A stretch of DNA of 64,000 nucleotides. Source: an uncultured Verrucomicrobiae bacterium. Its GTDB lineage: Bacteria; Verrucomicrobiota; Verrucomicrobiia; Chthoniobacterales; JAFAMB01. Positions 10,374 to 21,621 of this stretch are shown piece by piece; position 1 is the first letter of the stretch; every line of letters begins with the position of its first letter. A program made the translations under genes and the position numbers. The notes under the pieces were generated by a model that saw only the letters and a program-made list of their open reading frames with translations, was not told where the DNA came from and ran no database searches. Location of the stretch: assembly GCA_963789065.1 (NCBI GenBank), contig CAWBKA010000014.1, positions 114,171-178,170 of the forward strand, in the 5' to 3' direction.

Positions 10374-11153
10374 TCATCTCTCACCAGATGGCCCGGCTTC
10401 CGTTGCCGCATCTGGCTTTCTCAAGGCGCGATCAAGCTCGGAATCGGGTTCAGCGCCGAGTTTTAAAGCGCGGTAATAATGGCGTCGGGCTAGTTCAATA
10501 GCGGGCGGTTGACGTTCGAGGTAGAGGACAGCGAGATTAAAATGGGCCTCAGCGTATTGCTCGTCCAGTTCGATGGCCTTTCGCATTTCGTCTTCCGCAG
10601 CTGCCAACCAACCCCGTTTGCGAATCAGGATGCCCAGGTAAAGGTGGCTTTTGGGATCGCGCGGATCTAGATAGACTGCTTGGCTGAGCGCTGCCAGTCC
10701 AGCATCCAACGCGTCTTTTTGGTAGTCGATTATACCCAGCGTTAGCCACGCCTGCTGGGCCGTAGGGTCGAGGCGAACGGCCTTTTTTAGATGCTCCTCA
10801 GCCTGGTCAATCTCCCCAAGCCGAAATTCCGCCGAACCAAGGTTGGCCCATCCCATCGGATGGTCCGGAGCGAGGTCGGTCATCTTTTGAAATTCGGCTT
10901 TCGCCTCTTTGAATTGTTGATTTCGAAAGTAAGCAACCCCCTTTGCCGCGTCAGTCCTGGCCTCGTCCGAAAGCTTTGGAAGCGTGGTTTCAGGGGCGTC
11001 CGCCGCCAGGAGAAGAGTTCCAAACGCGCAGACAGAGGAGCAGATAGCAAGTATTAGAGGCGAAATGGCCGGTCGCGAAGAACCGACCTGAAATCGGATG
11101 GCCGGTCGTGTCCTCGCCAATCTGTAAAATAAGTCCTCGGACGGACGAAGCAT
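10374..11153 (-). CDS. Tetratricopeptide repeat protein
   Basis: Several TPR units (GWANLGSAEFRLG, AWLTLGII, AHFNLAVLY). Start codon uncertain. Confidence 0.85.
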   Translation of the reverse strand: MLRPSEDLFYRLARTRPAIRFQVGSSRPAISPLILAICSSVCAFGTLLLAADAPETTLPKLSDEARTDAAKGVAYFRNQQFKEAKAEFQKMTDLAPDHPMGWANLGSAEFRLGEIDQAEEHLKKAVRLDPTAQQAWLTLGIIDYQKDALDAGLAALSQAVYLDPRDPKSHLYLGILIRKRGWLAAAEDEMRKAIELDEQYAEAHFNLAVLYLERQPPAIELARRHYYRALKLGAEPDSELDRALRKPDAATEAGPSGER

Positions 11154-11251
11154 AGGCCAAAATCGATTCAGACCGATCGGAATTTCCAACCCGGACCCCA
11201 AACCCCACACGCAAAACTCAAAACTCAAAACCCAACGCGCAGCGCGCAGCC

Positions 11252-12058
11252 TCAGCCCTGGCCACGCCCCAACTCCCGAGCACGCTCAGAAGCCGCTCTG
11301 ACTGCCGACATAATGGTGTAGCGTAAACGGTGCGATTCCAGAATCTCAATGCCAGCCATGGTTGTGCCCCCGGGGCTCGCGACCATTTCTCTCAGTTGTG
11401 CTGGGTGGAGCTTCGTCTCCCGAATCATCTGGGCTGAACCGAGCACCGTCTGGATCGCCAATTCGGCTGCAATCTCCCTTGGCAACCCCATCATCACGCC
11501 TCCATCAGCGAGCGCTTCAATAAAAGTGAAGACATAAGCCGGACCACTCCCGCTGACCCCGGTAACCGCGTCCAGGATAGTTTCGCGCACTCGAAAGACC
11601 AGCCCTACAGCTCCAAACATCTTGTCCGCTATTTCGGCGTCGCTGACCGTCGCGTGATCGCCCAAGGCGTAGGCAGTCGCCCCTTTCTTGACCAGAGAAG
11701 GAGTGTTCGGCATCGCACGAATGACTCGGGTGCGGTGCCCGGCGGCTTCCTGCAGCGTTTGCAGGGTGATGCCGGCTGCAACAGAAATTAAGAGCTTGCC
11801 TTCCAGGAATTGGCGAACATCACGGAGAACTTGGACTGAATCGGCCGGCTTGGTGCCGAGCACGATAGCGTCGGACTGCTGCACCAGCGCTTTCTGCGAG
11901 GCGGCGAGCTGAAGTCCATATCGTTGAGCCTCGTCCTTAATTTGATCCGGGTGCCGGTTTACAACCAGGATCTGTTCGGGTTTGCAGGCCTCTGCCTGCA
12001 ACATCCCCTGAACCAACGCAGAGGCCATTTTGCCATATCCTAAAAAGCCGAAAATCAT
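11252..12058 (-). CDS. proC: Pyrroline-5-carboxylate reductase
   Basis: GFLGYGKM Rossmann motif, RAMPNTP, VSGSGPAY and VASPGGTT. Confidence 0.96.
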   Translation of the reverse strand: MIFGFLGYGKMASALVQGMLQAEACKPEQILVVNRHPDQIKDEAQRYGLQLAASQKALVQQSDAIVLGTKPADSVQVLRDVRQFLEGKLLISVAAGITLQTLQEAAGHRTRVIRAMPNTPSLVKKGATAYALGDHATVSDAEIADKMFGAVGLVFRVRETILDAVTGVSGSGPAYVFTFIEALADGGVMMGLPREIAAELAIQTVLGSAQMIRETKLHPAQLREMVASPGGTTMAGIEILESHRLRYTIMSAVRAASERARELGRGQG

Positions 12059-12522
12059 GGTAAGCAAAGACTTCGTTTCACTAACTGTTCCGCGAACACT
12101 CTGCAAGCCTTTGGCGAATCTACAGAAGAGAGCAAAGGGAAACAGAAGGGAGCGAAGAGATTTTGAACAGAAGGCCGCAAAGGAAACGAAGATTGATCGG
12201 GAATTGGGCTTTGGGCCGTTTATCCCGAGCTGGGTTCTCCACGAGCTTGTATCCTCAGCTCATTTCGCTGTCCCAAATAATGGCTCAAATTCGAACTATC
12301 CCCAGAGGACAGCGAAGGATCCCTGATTGCGGCGCACTCGTGGACTATACTCCCTGGGTTCGACCGACTTTCTCTGGCGGATGCGAAGCGCCCGTTGTCG
12401 GGACGAAAGCCGGGAACCGACACGCCGATACGCCGATACGCCGATACGCCGATACGTTCCCCGCCCGCTCGCGTTCGAGATGAATGGCCGCTATACTTGG
12501 TCTGCGACGTCAGAAAAAATAT

Positions 12523-13830
12523 ATGCATCAGCGGGCTGCATCTCTCAGTAAGGCTACGAGAAAACGCCCGAAATGGGGGCCTTGGCTGTTGTTCGTTTCT
12601 CTGGTGATCGTTGTTGGCGGCGGTGTTTATTGGGTGCGACGCGGCCCCGATCCGATTGCCATCACCACGGAGCGGGCGGCCATACGGGATATCACCGAGC
12701 TCGTGTCGGCTACTGGGAAGATCCGGCCAGAGTTGGAAGTGAAGATTTCCCCCGAGGTAGCAGGCGAAATCATTGAGATGCCAGTAATCGTCGGACAGCC
12801 GGTGAAAAAGGGGGATCTCCTGGTGAAGGTTAAACCAGACAATTATATCGCCAGAGTGAAGCAAGCGGAGGCTTCCTTGAGCGCCGCTCAGGCAGACAGT
12901 CTGCAGCGGAAAGTGCAAATGTTGAACGACCAACTTGACCTCCGCCGGGCTCAGGACTTGTTTGCCAAAAAGCTCATTTCTGAGACCGACTACAAGGCAG
13001 CTGAGACGAAAACCCAGATTTCGCAGGCGTCATACGATTCCTCGTTGCACCAGATCGATATGGCCAAAAGCAACCTCGACCAAAACCAGGATTTACTGAA
13101 CAAATGCGTGATTTTTTCGCCGATCGATGGCGCGATCAGCGTGTTGGCCAGCGAAATCGGTGAGCGGGTGGTTGCCACCGGTGATTTCGCCGGAACTGAG
13201 GTGATGCGGGTAGCGAATTTTGCCTCGATGGAAGTCAGGGTCGACGTCAATGAGAACGACGTGGTGAAAGTCGGAATAGGTGACCCCGTGCGGATCAAGG
13301 TGGACGCCTATCCGGCAAAATCAATAAAGGGTACCGTCAAGCAGATCGCCAGTACGGCGACGGTTAAGAACGAAGGGACGCAACAGGAAGTCACGAATTT
13401 TGAAGTCAGAGTTCAAGTTGTAGATCCCGAAATACAACTTCGGCCGGGAATGAGTGCCAGCGTCGATATCGAGACTAAAACCGTCGATCACGTTACCGCG
13501 GTACCGATCCAATCGGTGACGGTCCGGAGCAGAGAGGGTGGGAGAACGGCGGACCAACTAAAACAAAATCGTGAAAAGCAGACGGGTTTGAATTCGAGCG
13601 AATTAGAAAAGCAAGCCAGAAAGGAGCTTCAACGAGTCGTGTTCCTGAAAGAGAGGGATAAGGTGAACCTGGTCCCAGTGCAAACCGGCATTTCGGACAA
13701 CAGTTTTATCGAGATCCAATCAGGTGTGAGAGAGGGAGACGAAGTTGTGTCGGGATCTTACACGGCGATCAGCAAGGACCTGAAGGACCAGTCCAAAATC
13801 AAAATCGAGCAGCCCAAAGATGCAAAGTGA
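12523..13830 (+). CDS. MacA-like efflux periplasmic adaptor subunit
   Basis: N-terminal TM, lipoyl-like [11 protein letters not shown], coiled coil, SPIDG and LRPGMSA. Confidence 0.92.
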   Translation: MHQRAASLSKATRKRPKWGPWLLFVSLVIVVGGGVYWVRRGPDPIAITTERAAIRDITELVSATGKIRPELEVKISPEVAGEIIEMPVIVGQPVKKGDLLVKVKPDNYIARVKQAEASLSAAQADSLQRKVQMLNDQLDLRRAQDLFAKKLISETDYKAAETKTQISQASYDSSLHQIDMAKSNLDQNQDLLNKCVIFSPIDGAISVLASEIGERVVATGDFAGTEVMRVANFASMEVRVDVNENDVVKVGIGDPVRIKVDAYPAKSIKGTVKQIASTATVKNEGTQQEVTNFEVRVQVVDPEIQLRPGMSASVDIETKTVDHVTAVPIQSVTVRSREGGRTADQLKQNREKQTGLNSSELEKQARKELQRVVFLKERDKVNLVPVQTGISDNSFIEIQSGVREGDEVVSGSYTAISKDLKDQSKIKIEQPKDAK

Positions 13831-14557
13831 TTTTGAGGTCGTCTCGGACGACCGGCTTATCCGGCCAAAGGGTAAGGTGGTGATTCGAATCCATCAGATT
13901 ACCAAGGAGTACGAGATGGGATACACGTTAATCCGGGCGCTCAAGGGTGTAGACCTTTTAATTCATTCCAACGAGTACGCAGCGATTATGGGTCCCTCAG
14001 GGAGCGGGAAATCGACCTTGATGAACATGCTCGGCTGCCTCGATACACCGACAGCCGGGCGTTATGAATTTAATGGAATAAACGTTGGCTCAATGGAGGA
14101 CGATGAGCTTGCCGAGATTCGCAATAAAAAGATCGGGTTTGTTTTTCAGACCTTTAATCTGCTTCCGCGTTCCACCAGTCTGCAGAATGTTGAGCTTCCG
14201 CTAATCTACGCCGGGCTAAGAGCGGAAGAACGCCGCCGGCGCGCCGAACATGCGCTGGAAACCGTGGGGTTGGGGGACCGTATGCAGCATAAACCGAACG
14301 AACTCTCCGGCGGTCAGCGCCAACGGGTCGCAATAGCGCGCGCTCTGGTAAACAATCCCGCGATCATCCTGGCAGACGAACCGACGGGGAATCTGGATTC
14401 CAGAACCGGCGAAGAGATTATGGTGCTGTTCGAGAATCTGTATGCCACTGGTCACACGATTGTCGTGGTGACCCACGAGCAAAATGTCGCACGTCGTGCC
14501 AGAAGGATCGTGCGAATGCGAGATGGCCTCATTGAGAGTGACGAGGAATTGGGCTGA
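13820..14557 (+). CDS. ABC transporter ATP-binding protein (MacB/LolD-like)
   Basis: [17 protein letters not shown] and ADEPTGNLD. Confidence 0.95.
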   Translation: MQSDFEVVSDDRLIRPKGKVVIRIHQITKEYEMGYTLIRALKGVDLLIHSNEYAAIMGPSGSGKSTLMNMLGCLDTPTAGRYEFNGINVGSMEDDELAEIRNKKIGFVFQTFNLLPRSTSLQNVELPLIYAGLRAEERRRRAEHALETVGLGDRMQHKPNELSGGQRQRVAIARALVNNPAIILADEPTGNLDSRTGEEIMVLFENLYATGHTIVVVTHEQNVARRARRIVRMRDGLIESDEELG

Positions 14558-14679
14558 GGCGTATCGGCGTCGGGGCGTATCGGCGCGGTAGGGTCGCGCT
14601 CCCGCGCGACCGGCGTGGTACGACAAACGAACGTGTCCGCTTCCTCTTTAAATAAGCCGTTTGCGGAAAGAGTTCTCGC

Positions 14680-15999
14680 ATGAAAGACACGCCGATACGC
14701 CCAAACGCCGATATGCCGATACGTCTCCCCCGAACCGCCGTTGCGCCGATACGTCTCCCCACCGTGCTGATTGAGAGCTTCCGCATCGCCGCTCAGCAGG
14801 TCGCGGCTAACCGGAGCAGATCGATACTTACTGCTCTGGGGGTCATTATCGGAATCGTCGCTGTCACTCTCATGGGTACGGCGATTCGTGGCATTGACAT
14901 CGGGTTTGATCGCAGCATGTCCGGCTTTGGCGACGATGTCCTGTACGTTGAGCAGTGGCCTTGGAATACGGGCGACGACTATTGGCACTTTCGAAATCGT
15001 CCAGACATTAAGTTATCCTTTGCGGATCGCCTGAACCATATCATCGAGGAAAGTCCGGACTCTCTCCTGGATCTGGCCGTTGCTGCGCCGGCGTCCATTC
15101 AGACGGTCTCCTATGGTAAACGGCAGATTTCGAATGTTTATACCATGGGCACGACTCATGAGTATGCCTACCTATCCCGGACGGATTGTGAAAAAGGTCG
15201 ATTTCTTGACGAGGCCGAAAGCCGAGGAGGAAGAAACGTTTGTGTGATCGGTCGGGATGTTGCGAGCGGGCTGTTCAGCGGAGAAGATCCGATGGATAAG
15301 GTGATTCGGGTTCGCGAACAAGAGTACCGAGTCATCGGAGTTTTCGCTAAGCAGGGTTCGTTTCTAGGAATTTTCAGCTGGGATTCGCAGGTCGTGATTC
15401 CTCTTGCGTCCTACACTAAATACTTCAAGTCGAATGAGGAAAACGCTTCGATTCGGGTGAAGATCAGAGACAAAATTCGAATAGCTGAAGCAAAGGAAGA
15501 ACTCAGAGGCGATTTCCGGCGTATTCGAGGACTATTACCGGAGCAGGAAGATAATTTTGCCATTAACGAACAAAAGGTACTTCGATCGTCGCTCGAGCCG
15601 GCAAAGACAGGTTTGGCAATCGCCGGGCTATTTGTTACCGGTCTTGCGCTCTTTGTCGGCGCTATCGGAATAATGAATATCACGTTTGTCAGCGTGAAAG
15701 AGCGAACTCGGGAAATTGGGACGCGGAAAGCGTTGGGGGCAAGGCGGGGAACGATTCTAATCCAATTTCTGATTGAGGCAGTCTCAATCTGTCTGATCGG
15801 CGGAATCATCGGCCTCGGCCTGGCGTTTGGATTGTTTGTTCTGATTGCCGCTGTATTCCCAAATTTTCCCATGCAATTTTCGCCGATCCTGGTCGTGATT
15901 GCTCTATTCGTCTCGGTAACGACAGGGATCATCTCCGGTTTTGCTCCAGCCTGGCAGGCATCCCGCTTAAATCCGGTGGAAGCTTTGCGCTACGAGTAG
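14680..15999 (+). CDS. ABC transporter permease (MacB/FtsX family); the start may instead be GTG at 14764
   Basis: RSILTALGVIIG, GIMNITFVSVKERTREIG and LNPVEALRYE. Confidence 0.93.
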   Translation: MKDTPIRPNADMPIRLPRTAVAPIRLPTVLIESFRIAAQQVAANRSRSILTALGVIIGIVAVTLMGTAIRGIDIGFDRSMSGFGDDVLYVEQWPWNTGDDYWHFRNRPDIKLSFADRLNHIIEESPDSLLDLAVAAPASIQTVSYGKRQISNVYTMGTTHEYAYLSRTDCEKGRFLDEAESRGGRNVCVIGRDVASGLFSGEDPMDKVIRVREQEYRVIGVFAKQGSFLGIFSWDSQVVIPLASYTKYFKSNEENASIRVKIRDKIRIAEAKEELRGDFRRIRGLLPEQEDNFAINEQKVLRSSLEPAKTGLAIAGLFVTGLALFVGAIGIMNITFVSVKERTREIGTRKALGARRGTILIQFLIEAVSICLIGGIIGLGLAFGLFVLIAAVFPNFPMQFSPILVVIALFVSVTTGIISGFAPAWQASRLNPVEALRYE

Positions 16000-16001
16000 C
16001 C

Positions 16002-17225
16002 ATGAAGATGTGGGAAATCGCTAAAATGGCTTGGCAGGCATTGCGGGTAAACAAGCTGCGTTCCGCGCTGACCACCTCAGGAATCGCGATCGGGATATTT
16101 TCGATCATCAGCGTCATGACAGCGATCTCCGCTCTGCAAACCTCGATTGAAACCGGGCTAAGCTTTCTGGGATCGAACATCTTTCAGTTCTCCAAGTCTC
16201 CGGTTGGGATCAAGGTCTGGGGAGACGAGAAGTACCGGAATCGGAGGAAGATCGATTACCAGACTTACTTGAATTTTGTTCGGATATTCGGAGACGAGGT
16301 GGAAGTAATCTGTCCCAAGGTTTGGGATGACAGCACGCAAGCGGCCTTTGAGAACAAGAAGACGAACCCAAACGTTGAACTTTGTGGTACTAACCAAGGT
16401 TTCCTGGCCGCCAATAACTTCAGAATTGCTGATGGACGGAATCTTTCGCCGGAAGATATCGCTTTCTCACGCAGCGTTTGCGTGGTTGGCCAGCAACTTG
16501 TCCGGCGGCTCTTCCCGCAAGGGAACGCCTTGGGAAGTGTCATCAAGCTGAACGCGAAGAACTACACAGTGCTCGGGACTCTCGCGGAGAAAGGCAGCAG
16601 CTTTGGTGGAAACGAAGACAATATCGCCCTGATTCCGATCACCAAGTTCTTTGAAAACTACGGATCTCGCGAGCGATCATTGAACATTGCGATCGAGGCT
16701 AAGAACCAGATTGTTTACGAACGAACGATGGGGAAAGCGATTGGTGCTTTTCGAATCTCGCGCGGTCTCCGTCCGGAAGAGGCGGATGACTTTGAGATCT
16801 ACAGTAACGATTCGCTCGCTGATGTCTTTCGCAGCATCGCGGCCACGATTCGAATCGGGGCATTCGTTATCAGTGCGATTGCCCTCTTGGCGGCGGGGGT
16901 CGGCATTATGAACATCATGCTGGTCAGTGTTGCTGAGCGCACCAAGGAGATCGGAATACGCAAGTCGCTCGGAGCGCGCCAGCGTGACATCCGGACGCAG
17001 TTCCTTCTCGAGGCCCTCTTTTTATCTTTGTTCGGCTCGGCGGGAGGTATCATTCTTGGGGTGTTAGCTGGAAACGGGCTAGCAATCTGGCTAAAAGCTG
17101 CGCTGGTCTTCCCCTGGGGTTGGGCCGTCGCCGGGGTTTTGGTCTGCTCCGCGATTGGAGTCGGATTCGGGCTCTACCCGGCCCACAAGGCTGCGCGCCT
17201 CGACCCGATCGAGGCGCTGAGGTGA
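16002..17225 (+). CDS. ABC transporter permease (MacB/FtsX family)
   Basis: NKLRSALT, GIMNIMLVSVAERTKEIG and LDPIEALR. Confidence 0.93.
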   Translation: MKMWEIAKMAWQALRVNKLRSALTTSGIAIGIFSIISVMTAISALQTSIETGLSFLGSNIFQFSKSPVGIKVWGDEKYRNRRKIDYQTYLNFVRIFGDEVEVICPKVWDDSTQAAFENKKTNPNVELCGTNQGFLAANNFRIADGRNLSPEDIAFSRSVCVVGQQLVRRLFPQGNALGSVIKLNAKNYTVLGTLAEKGSSFGGNEDNIALIPITKFFENYGSRERSLNIAIEAKNQIVYERTMGKAIGAFRISRGLRPEEADDFEIYSNDSLADVFRSIAATIRIGAFVISAIALLAAGVGIMNIMLVSVAERTKEIGIRKSLGARQRDIRTQFLLEALFLSLFGSAGGIILGVLAGNGLAIWLKAALVFPWGWAVAGVLVCSAIGVGFGLYPAHKAARLDPIEALR

Positions 17226-17248
17226 AGGGAAGGAGCCGAAGGGAAGGA

Positions 17249-17495
17249 GCCGAGTAGCCAGTAGCCAGTAGTCGGTAGGCAGTAGCCGAGTAGCCGAGTA
17301 GCCGAGTAGCCGAGTAGCCGAGTAGCCGAGTAGCCGAGTAGCCGAGTAGCCGAGTAGCCGAGTAGCCGAGTAGCCGAGTAGCCGAGTAGCCGAGTAGCCG
17401 AGTAGCCGAGTAGCCGAGTAGCCGAGTAGCCGAGTAGCCGAGTAGCCGTAGCCGTAGCCGGGAGCCAGTAGCCGAGGAGCCGGTACCAGGTAGCC
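17249..17495 (+). repeat. Octamer tandem array (AGTAGCCG), about 21 perfect copies plus degenerate flanks
   Basis: Read directly. Confidence 0.97.
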
Positions 17496-17859
17496 GATGA
17501 AGCTTTGACCGCGGCACGTGCTGCGCAGGGGGGGTCCGCTTGGCATTACCATGAGCGCGGTAAGATTCAAGCGAAGCGTGGTAGGCGACCGCGGCCGGCG
17601 CGGCACCCCCAAAGAGGATCGGTTCGGCGCGTCGCGCGGAACGGCGCTTTTTTACTCTCGACATCTCAACCCTCCGTGAACCCGTGGCCTCCGTGTGAGA
17701 ACTCGGGCAGCTACGTCACGCGGTCACACGCCGACGCGGCCCATACGGTCTTCTTTTGGACTGCCACGCCGGACGCGCGGGAGCGCGTCCCACGCCATGC
17801 GGGCAGCTACAGTCACGCGTTGAACGATTGTGGGTGTGCACGTGTTGGCGTCCTCGGTA

Positions 17860-17940
17860 TTCGCCTACTCGGCTACTGACTACTGACTACTGACTACTGA
17901 CTACTCGGCTACTCGGCTACTCGGCTACTCGGCTACTCAA
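17860..17940 (-). repeat. Inverted partner array (CTACTGA / CTACTCGG on plus) overlapping the recO stop codon
   Basis: Read directly. Confidence 0.95.
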
Positions 17941-18471
17941 TTGCCCCATCAGATTCGATCGGGTTCTCGGGAGCCGTCCGTATGTTTCTACGAGTTTTTC
18001 AGCGGCCGAATGCAAGTCCGGGGTGTGCAGTCCGAGGCATTTGCAGAGCTCGGACTCAAAGAAGAGAACGCCCCTCGCCTCGGGTGTCTTTGTGTCGAGA
18101 TAACCCAGAGCGCGCAATAGCAGCTGGTAGATTTCCGGTACGGAATGATCCGACTCGGTGACCTCATCGATGAGTTCGACAAAATAAGAAGCCACCAATG
18201 TTTTCAAATAATCCTTCCGGATACGCTCGAACGCTGTCCGGAGAGAAACTTCCCGTAGAGTATGAAGGTCAGATTTGCGAGAGAAAGACAACGACAGGTC
18301 GCAGTGGAAGAATAGATCCAGCTTACCGGATAACGCGCTCTTTTGCCTGAGCGCGCCCTTGGCGATGGTTCTGAGTTTCCCCCGGCGGTCCGTAAACCAA
18401 ATGATGATCAGGCTCGTCTCAGAATACTTGGTGCGCCGGAGCAGAATCCCGTTCAATAGTTCAGACATCAT
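17917..18471 (-). CDS. recO: DNA repair protein RecO
   Basis: GILLRRTKYSETSLII.WFT..RGKL..IAKGA N-terminal OB fold and FFESEL. Confidence 0.9.
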   Translation of the reverse strand: MMSELLNGILLRRTKYSETSLIIIWFTDRRGKLRTIAKGALRQKSALSGKLDLFFHCDLSLSFSRKSDLHTLREVSLRTAFERIRKDYLKTLVASYFVELIDEVTESDHSVPEIYQLLLRALGYLDTKTPEARGVLFFESELCKCLGLHTPDLHSAAEKLVETYGRLPRTRSNLMGQLSSRVAE

Positions 18472-18567
18472 GAAAATGCCGGGAGCGACCCCTGGCCTGT
18501 CCCCGAAAGGGTGAATGGTGAGTGGTAGTTCACCGTTCACTGGCGTATCGGCGCCACCTCTCACCTC

Positions 18568-19995
18568 TCACCTCTCACCTCCCCTCGGTCTGGGCGGGAT
18601 CGAGAAGGCCTGATTGTTCACCGCCAAAGCCGCTTCCTTGACTGCCTCACTCATGGTCGGATGGGCATGAACCGTCTTGCCAAGATCCTCAGCGCTGCCA
18701 CCGAACTCCAGAATCGTGACGGCCTCTGGAATCAGTTCCGAGGCACCGAATCCGATAATCTGCGCCCCCAACAATTTGTCAGTTTTAGGATCGGCCAGGA
18801 TCTTTGCGAACCCTTGAGTTTGGTCATTGGCCAGTGCCCGGCCGTTAGCGACGAACGGGAATTTGCCGACTTTGACAGCGATCCCCTTTTGTTGGGCAAG
18901 ATCTTCAGTGAGGCCAACACCAGCGACTTCAGGGTTAGTATAGACGACGTTCGGGATCGCGTCATAGTTGACATGCCCGGCTTTCCCGGCAATGCGTTCG
19001 ACACACGCAACACCCTCGTCTTCTCCCTTATGCGCGAGCATCGGCCCTTCGATCACATCGCCTATGGCGTAGAGTCCAGGAATATTCGTACGGTAATATT
19101 CGTCGACTGCGACCCGGCCGCGCGGAGTCAATTTGAGTCCGAGATCCTTTGCCACGGCTCCGTCCAGGTACGGTTTCCGGCCAACTGCAACGAGCACCTT
19201 CTCCGCGCGGAACTGCAGTTCTTGCTTTCCCTTGTCAACGGCATCAATGGTGGCGGCGCCATCCTGAACGACAACCGAAGTTACCGTTGTTTCGAGATGA
19301 AATTTGAGGCCTTCGGATTCCAGTGATTTTTGGAGAACCTGAGTGACATCCGGATCAAAGAAAGCCGCGATTCTTGGGAGAAACTCAATCACGGTGACCT
19401 TCGCGCCAAGCCTGGCCCAGACCGAACCGAGTTCCAGGCCAATCGCACCGGCGCCAATCACGACCAACTCCTTCGGTACTTGATCGAAAGAAAGGGCTTC
19501 ATCGCTCGTGACCACCGTTCGCCGGTCGATACTGATATTCGGCAACTCCGCCGGAACGCTGCCGGTCGCGAGCACGACGTGCCTGCCTTGCAATTCTTCC
19601 TGTTTTCCATCCTTCGTCGTCAAAACGACTTTGCCTGGCGCGACCACCTCGCCGACTCCAAAAAGGCGGGTGATCTTATTTTTCTTCATTAGGAATTCCA
19701 GCCCCTGAGTGAGCTGTCGAACGACGTCTTGTTTTCGCTTCATCATTTGCGCCAGGTCAAAACTGACCTTTTCGAACTTCAGCCCGTGTCGAGCGGCCTG
19801 GTGCTGAGCAAAATGAAAATGGTCCGACGACAACAGCAGCGCTTTGCTCGGGATACAACCGATGTTAAGGCAAGTGCCGCCCAAAACCTCTCCTTTGTCG
19901 ATAATCGCCGTATTTAGACCGAGTTGAGCAGCCCGAATAGCTCCGGTGTACCCGGCCGGGCCGCCGCCGAGTACGATGAGATCGAAAGACGCCAT
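18568..19995 (-). CDS. lpdA: Dihydrolipoamide dehydrogenase
   Basis: [28 protein letters not shown] and HAHPTMSE. Confidence 0.97.
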   Translation of the reverse strand: MASFDLIVLGGGPAGYTGAIRAAQLGLNTAIIDKGEVLGGTCLNIGCIPSKALLLSSDHFHFAQHQAARHGLKFEKVSFDLAQMMKRKQDVVRQLTQGLEFLMKKNKITRLFGVGEVVAPGKVVLTTKDGKQEELQGRHVVLATGSVPAELPNISIDRRTVVTSDEALSFDQVPKELVVIGAGAIGLELGSVWARLGAKVTVIEFLPRIAAFFDPDVTQVLQKSLESEGLKFHLETTVTSVVVQDGAATIDAVDKGKQELQFRAEKVLVAVGRKPYLDGAVAKDLGLKLTPRGRVAVDEYYRTNIPGLYAIGDVIEGPMLAHKGEDEGVACVERIAGKAGHVNYDAIPNVVYTNPEVAGVGLTEDLAQQKGIAVKVGKFPFVANGRALANDQTQGFAKILADPKTDKLLGAQIIGFGASELIPEAVTILEFGGSAEDLGKTVHAHPTMSEAVKEAALAVNNQAFSIPPRPRGGER

Positions 19996-20028
19996 GGATC
20001 TATGGTTGACTGAAAGTCCAGTCGGATC

Positions 20029-20253
20029 AAGGTGAGAGGTGAACGGAGGTGAGAGGTGAGAGGTGAGAGGTGAGAGGTGAGAGGTGAGAGGTGAGAGGTG
20101 AGAGGTGAGAGGTGAGAGGTGAGAGGTGAGAGGTGAGAGGTGAGAGGTGAGAGGTGAAAGGTGAGAGGTATCCCTCGCGCCCGCCGAACGCCGAACGCCG
20201 AACGCCGAACGCCGAACGCCGAACGCCGAACGCCGAACGCCGAACGCCGAACG
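20029..20253. repeat. Head-to-head heptamer arrays: (GGTGAGA) about 19 copies, then (GAACGCC) about 10 copies
   Basis: Same two units in the same order as at 9918-10370. Confidence 0.97.
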
Positions 20254-20263
20254 TCTTGTTTCT

Positions 20264-21043
20264 ATGCGGAGTATCATACCTTGGATGGCCTTCGTGCTCT
20301 GCCTGTCGCTGGTTTCGTGTGCCTCTCCGCCAGCGATGGAACGAAGAATCGTCGCGGCAGATGCGAACGAACAATTCTGGGGCGCAGTCGAAAAGGCGGA
20401 TGTAGTCTACGTCGGCGAAACGCATGATGACCCGGCCCACCACGAGTACGAAAGGCGACTGATCCGCGACTTGTTGAGGCGAAAGGTGAAATTCGCGGTG
20501 GGCTGGGAGATGTTTGATGAAACCCAGCAAGAATGGATTGATGCCTGGGCCTCACATAAAATCTCTCTCGGACAACTGCTGACCAAGACTGACTTTCAGA
20601 AGCGCTGGGGAATTTACTCACCGGTGTATGAGGAGATTCTGCGAACAACGGGGAAGGCGAACGTTCGCAACCTCGCTCTCAACGCGCCGGGCCAGCTGGC
20701 TCGAAAGATTGCTCGGGCGGAGCCGTTGACCGCGGATGAAAGGGCGATGTTGCCGTCCGGGTTTGTCGCGGATGGGGGAGCGTACAAGAATTTCGTTAAA
20801 CTCATTGGCGAGCATCCGGGTGTCAATGAGACCGATCGACGGCGTTACTTTGATGCGCAGAATCTCTGGGACCAGACGATGGCCAGCCGGATTCTGGAGT
20901 TCGAACGTCGCAATCCGGGCGTGAAGCTGATTGTGTTGACCGGTCGCGATCACGTATCTGGTGGCTACGGGATTCCCTTTTATTTGAGACAGAAAGCGGA
21001 TTTGAAACAGCTGGTGCTGCTGCTCAATGGCGGAAGCCATTGA
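20264..21043 (+). CDS. ChaN family (DUF399) lipoprotein
   Basis: Lipobox LVSC; VVYVGETHDDPAHH, EMFD, AQNLWDQTMA and GRDH..GYGIP. Confidence 0.88.
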   Translation: MRSIIPWMAFVLCLSLVSCASPPAMERRIVAADANEQFWGAVEKADVVYVGETHDDPAHHEYERRLIRDLLRRKVKFAVGWEMFDETQQEWIDAWASHKISLGQLLTKTDFQKRWGIYSPVYEEILRTTGKANVRNLALNAPGQLARKIARAEPLTADERAMLPSGFVADGGAYKNFVKLIGEHPGVNETDRRRYFDAQNLWDQTMASRILEFERRNPGVKLIVLTGRDHVSGGYGIPFYLRQKADLKQLVLLLNGGSH

Positions 21044-21055
21044 GCAGCGTACGGC

Positions 21056-21152
21056 GTAGCCAGTAGCCAGTAGCCAGTAGCCAGTAGCCAGTAGCCAGTA
21101 GCCAGTAGCCAGTAGCCAGTAGCCAGTAGCCAGTAGCCAGTAGCCAGTAGCC
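21056..21152 (+). repeat. Heptamer array (AGTAGCC), about 13 copies
   Basis: Read directly. Confidence 0.97.
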
Positions 21153-21318
21153 GAGTACCGAAGACGCCGACACGCGTAAGGCACGAGCGATTGACCAACA
21201 ACGGAAGGGCCTTCCGTGATCCCCCGTGACCTCCCTGCGAGCCTTCCCTCTTCCGGCGCTTGAGCCATGAAGGTCAGATCCCTTGATTCCATGGAATCCG
21301 CGTGAGCCGTCGGGCTCG

Positions 21319-21386
21319 CATTGTGACATGGGCGTCCCGCCCCGTGCTCGCACGAAGATCACGGGCGGGACGCCCATGCCACAATG
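21319..21386. repeat. REPIN-like inverted doublet of a second REP family (GTGAC/GTGGC-ATGGGCGTCCCGCCCGTG)
   Basis: 27-bp inverted repeats with one mismatch. Single copies near 46912, 47142, 50126 and, more diverged, 6014. Confidence 0.85.
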
Positions 21387-21621
21387 AGTCGCCGCAAGAA
21401 AAACGTATCATCTGATTTCCCCAACGCCCCAATGTCGTCTAGTACGCATCAGGAGATCTGAAGGTAGAGAGTTCTCGCACGGAGGCGACGGGGGGTGAGA
21501 TGTTGAGAGAGAAAGAGCGTTGTTTCGCGCGACGCGCCGATTCCGACCCTCCCTGGAGGTGACACGCCGGATCGCGTCCAGGATCGCGTCCCTACCATGT
21601 CTTGCGGGCTGCCATGCCGAA

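Noticed and set aside
9861..10476. ORFs with RRSAFGV / SHLSPLT / TPNAERR repeats (also LATGYWL and YSATRLLG ORFs at 17 kb, 21 kb and 39 kb)
   Set aside because: These are translations of non-coding heptamer or octamer arrays that lack stops on one strand.
18568..20277. Long N-terminal extensions of lpdA, EVE (to 39914), trmD (to 50242), bioF and the TPR gene in the ORF track
   Set aside because: The extensions run through repeat DNA; conserved domains begin at the downstream ATGs.
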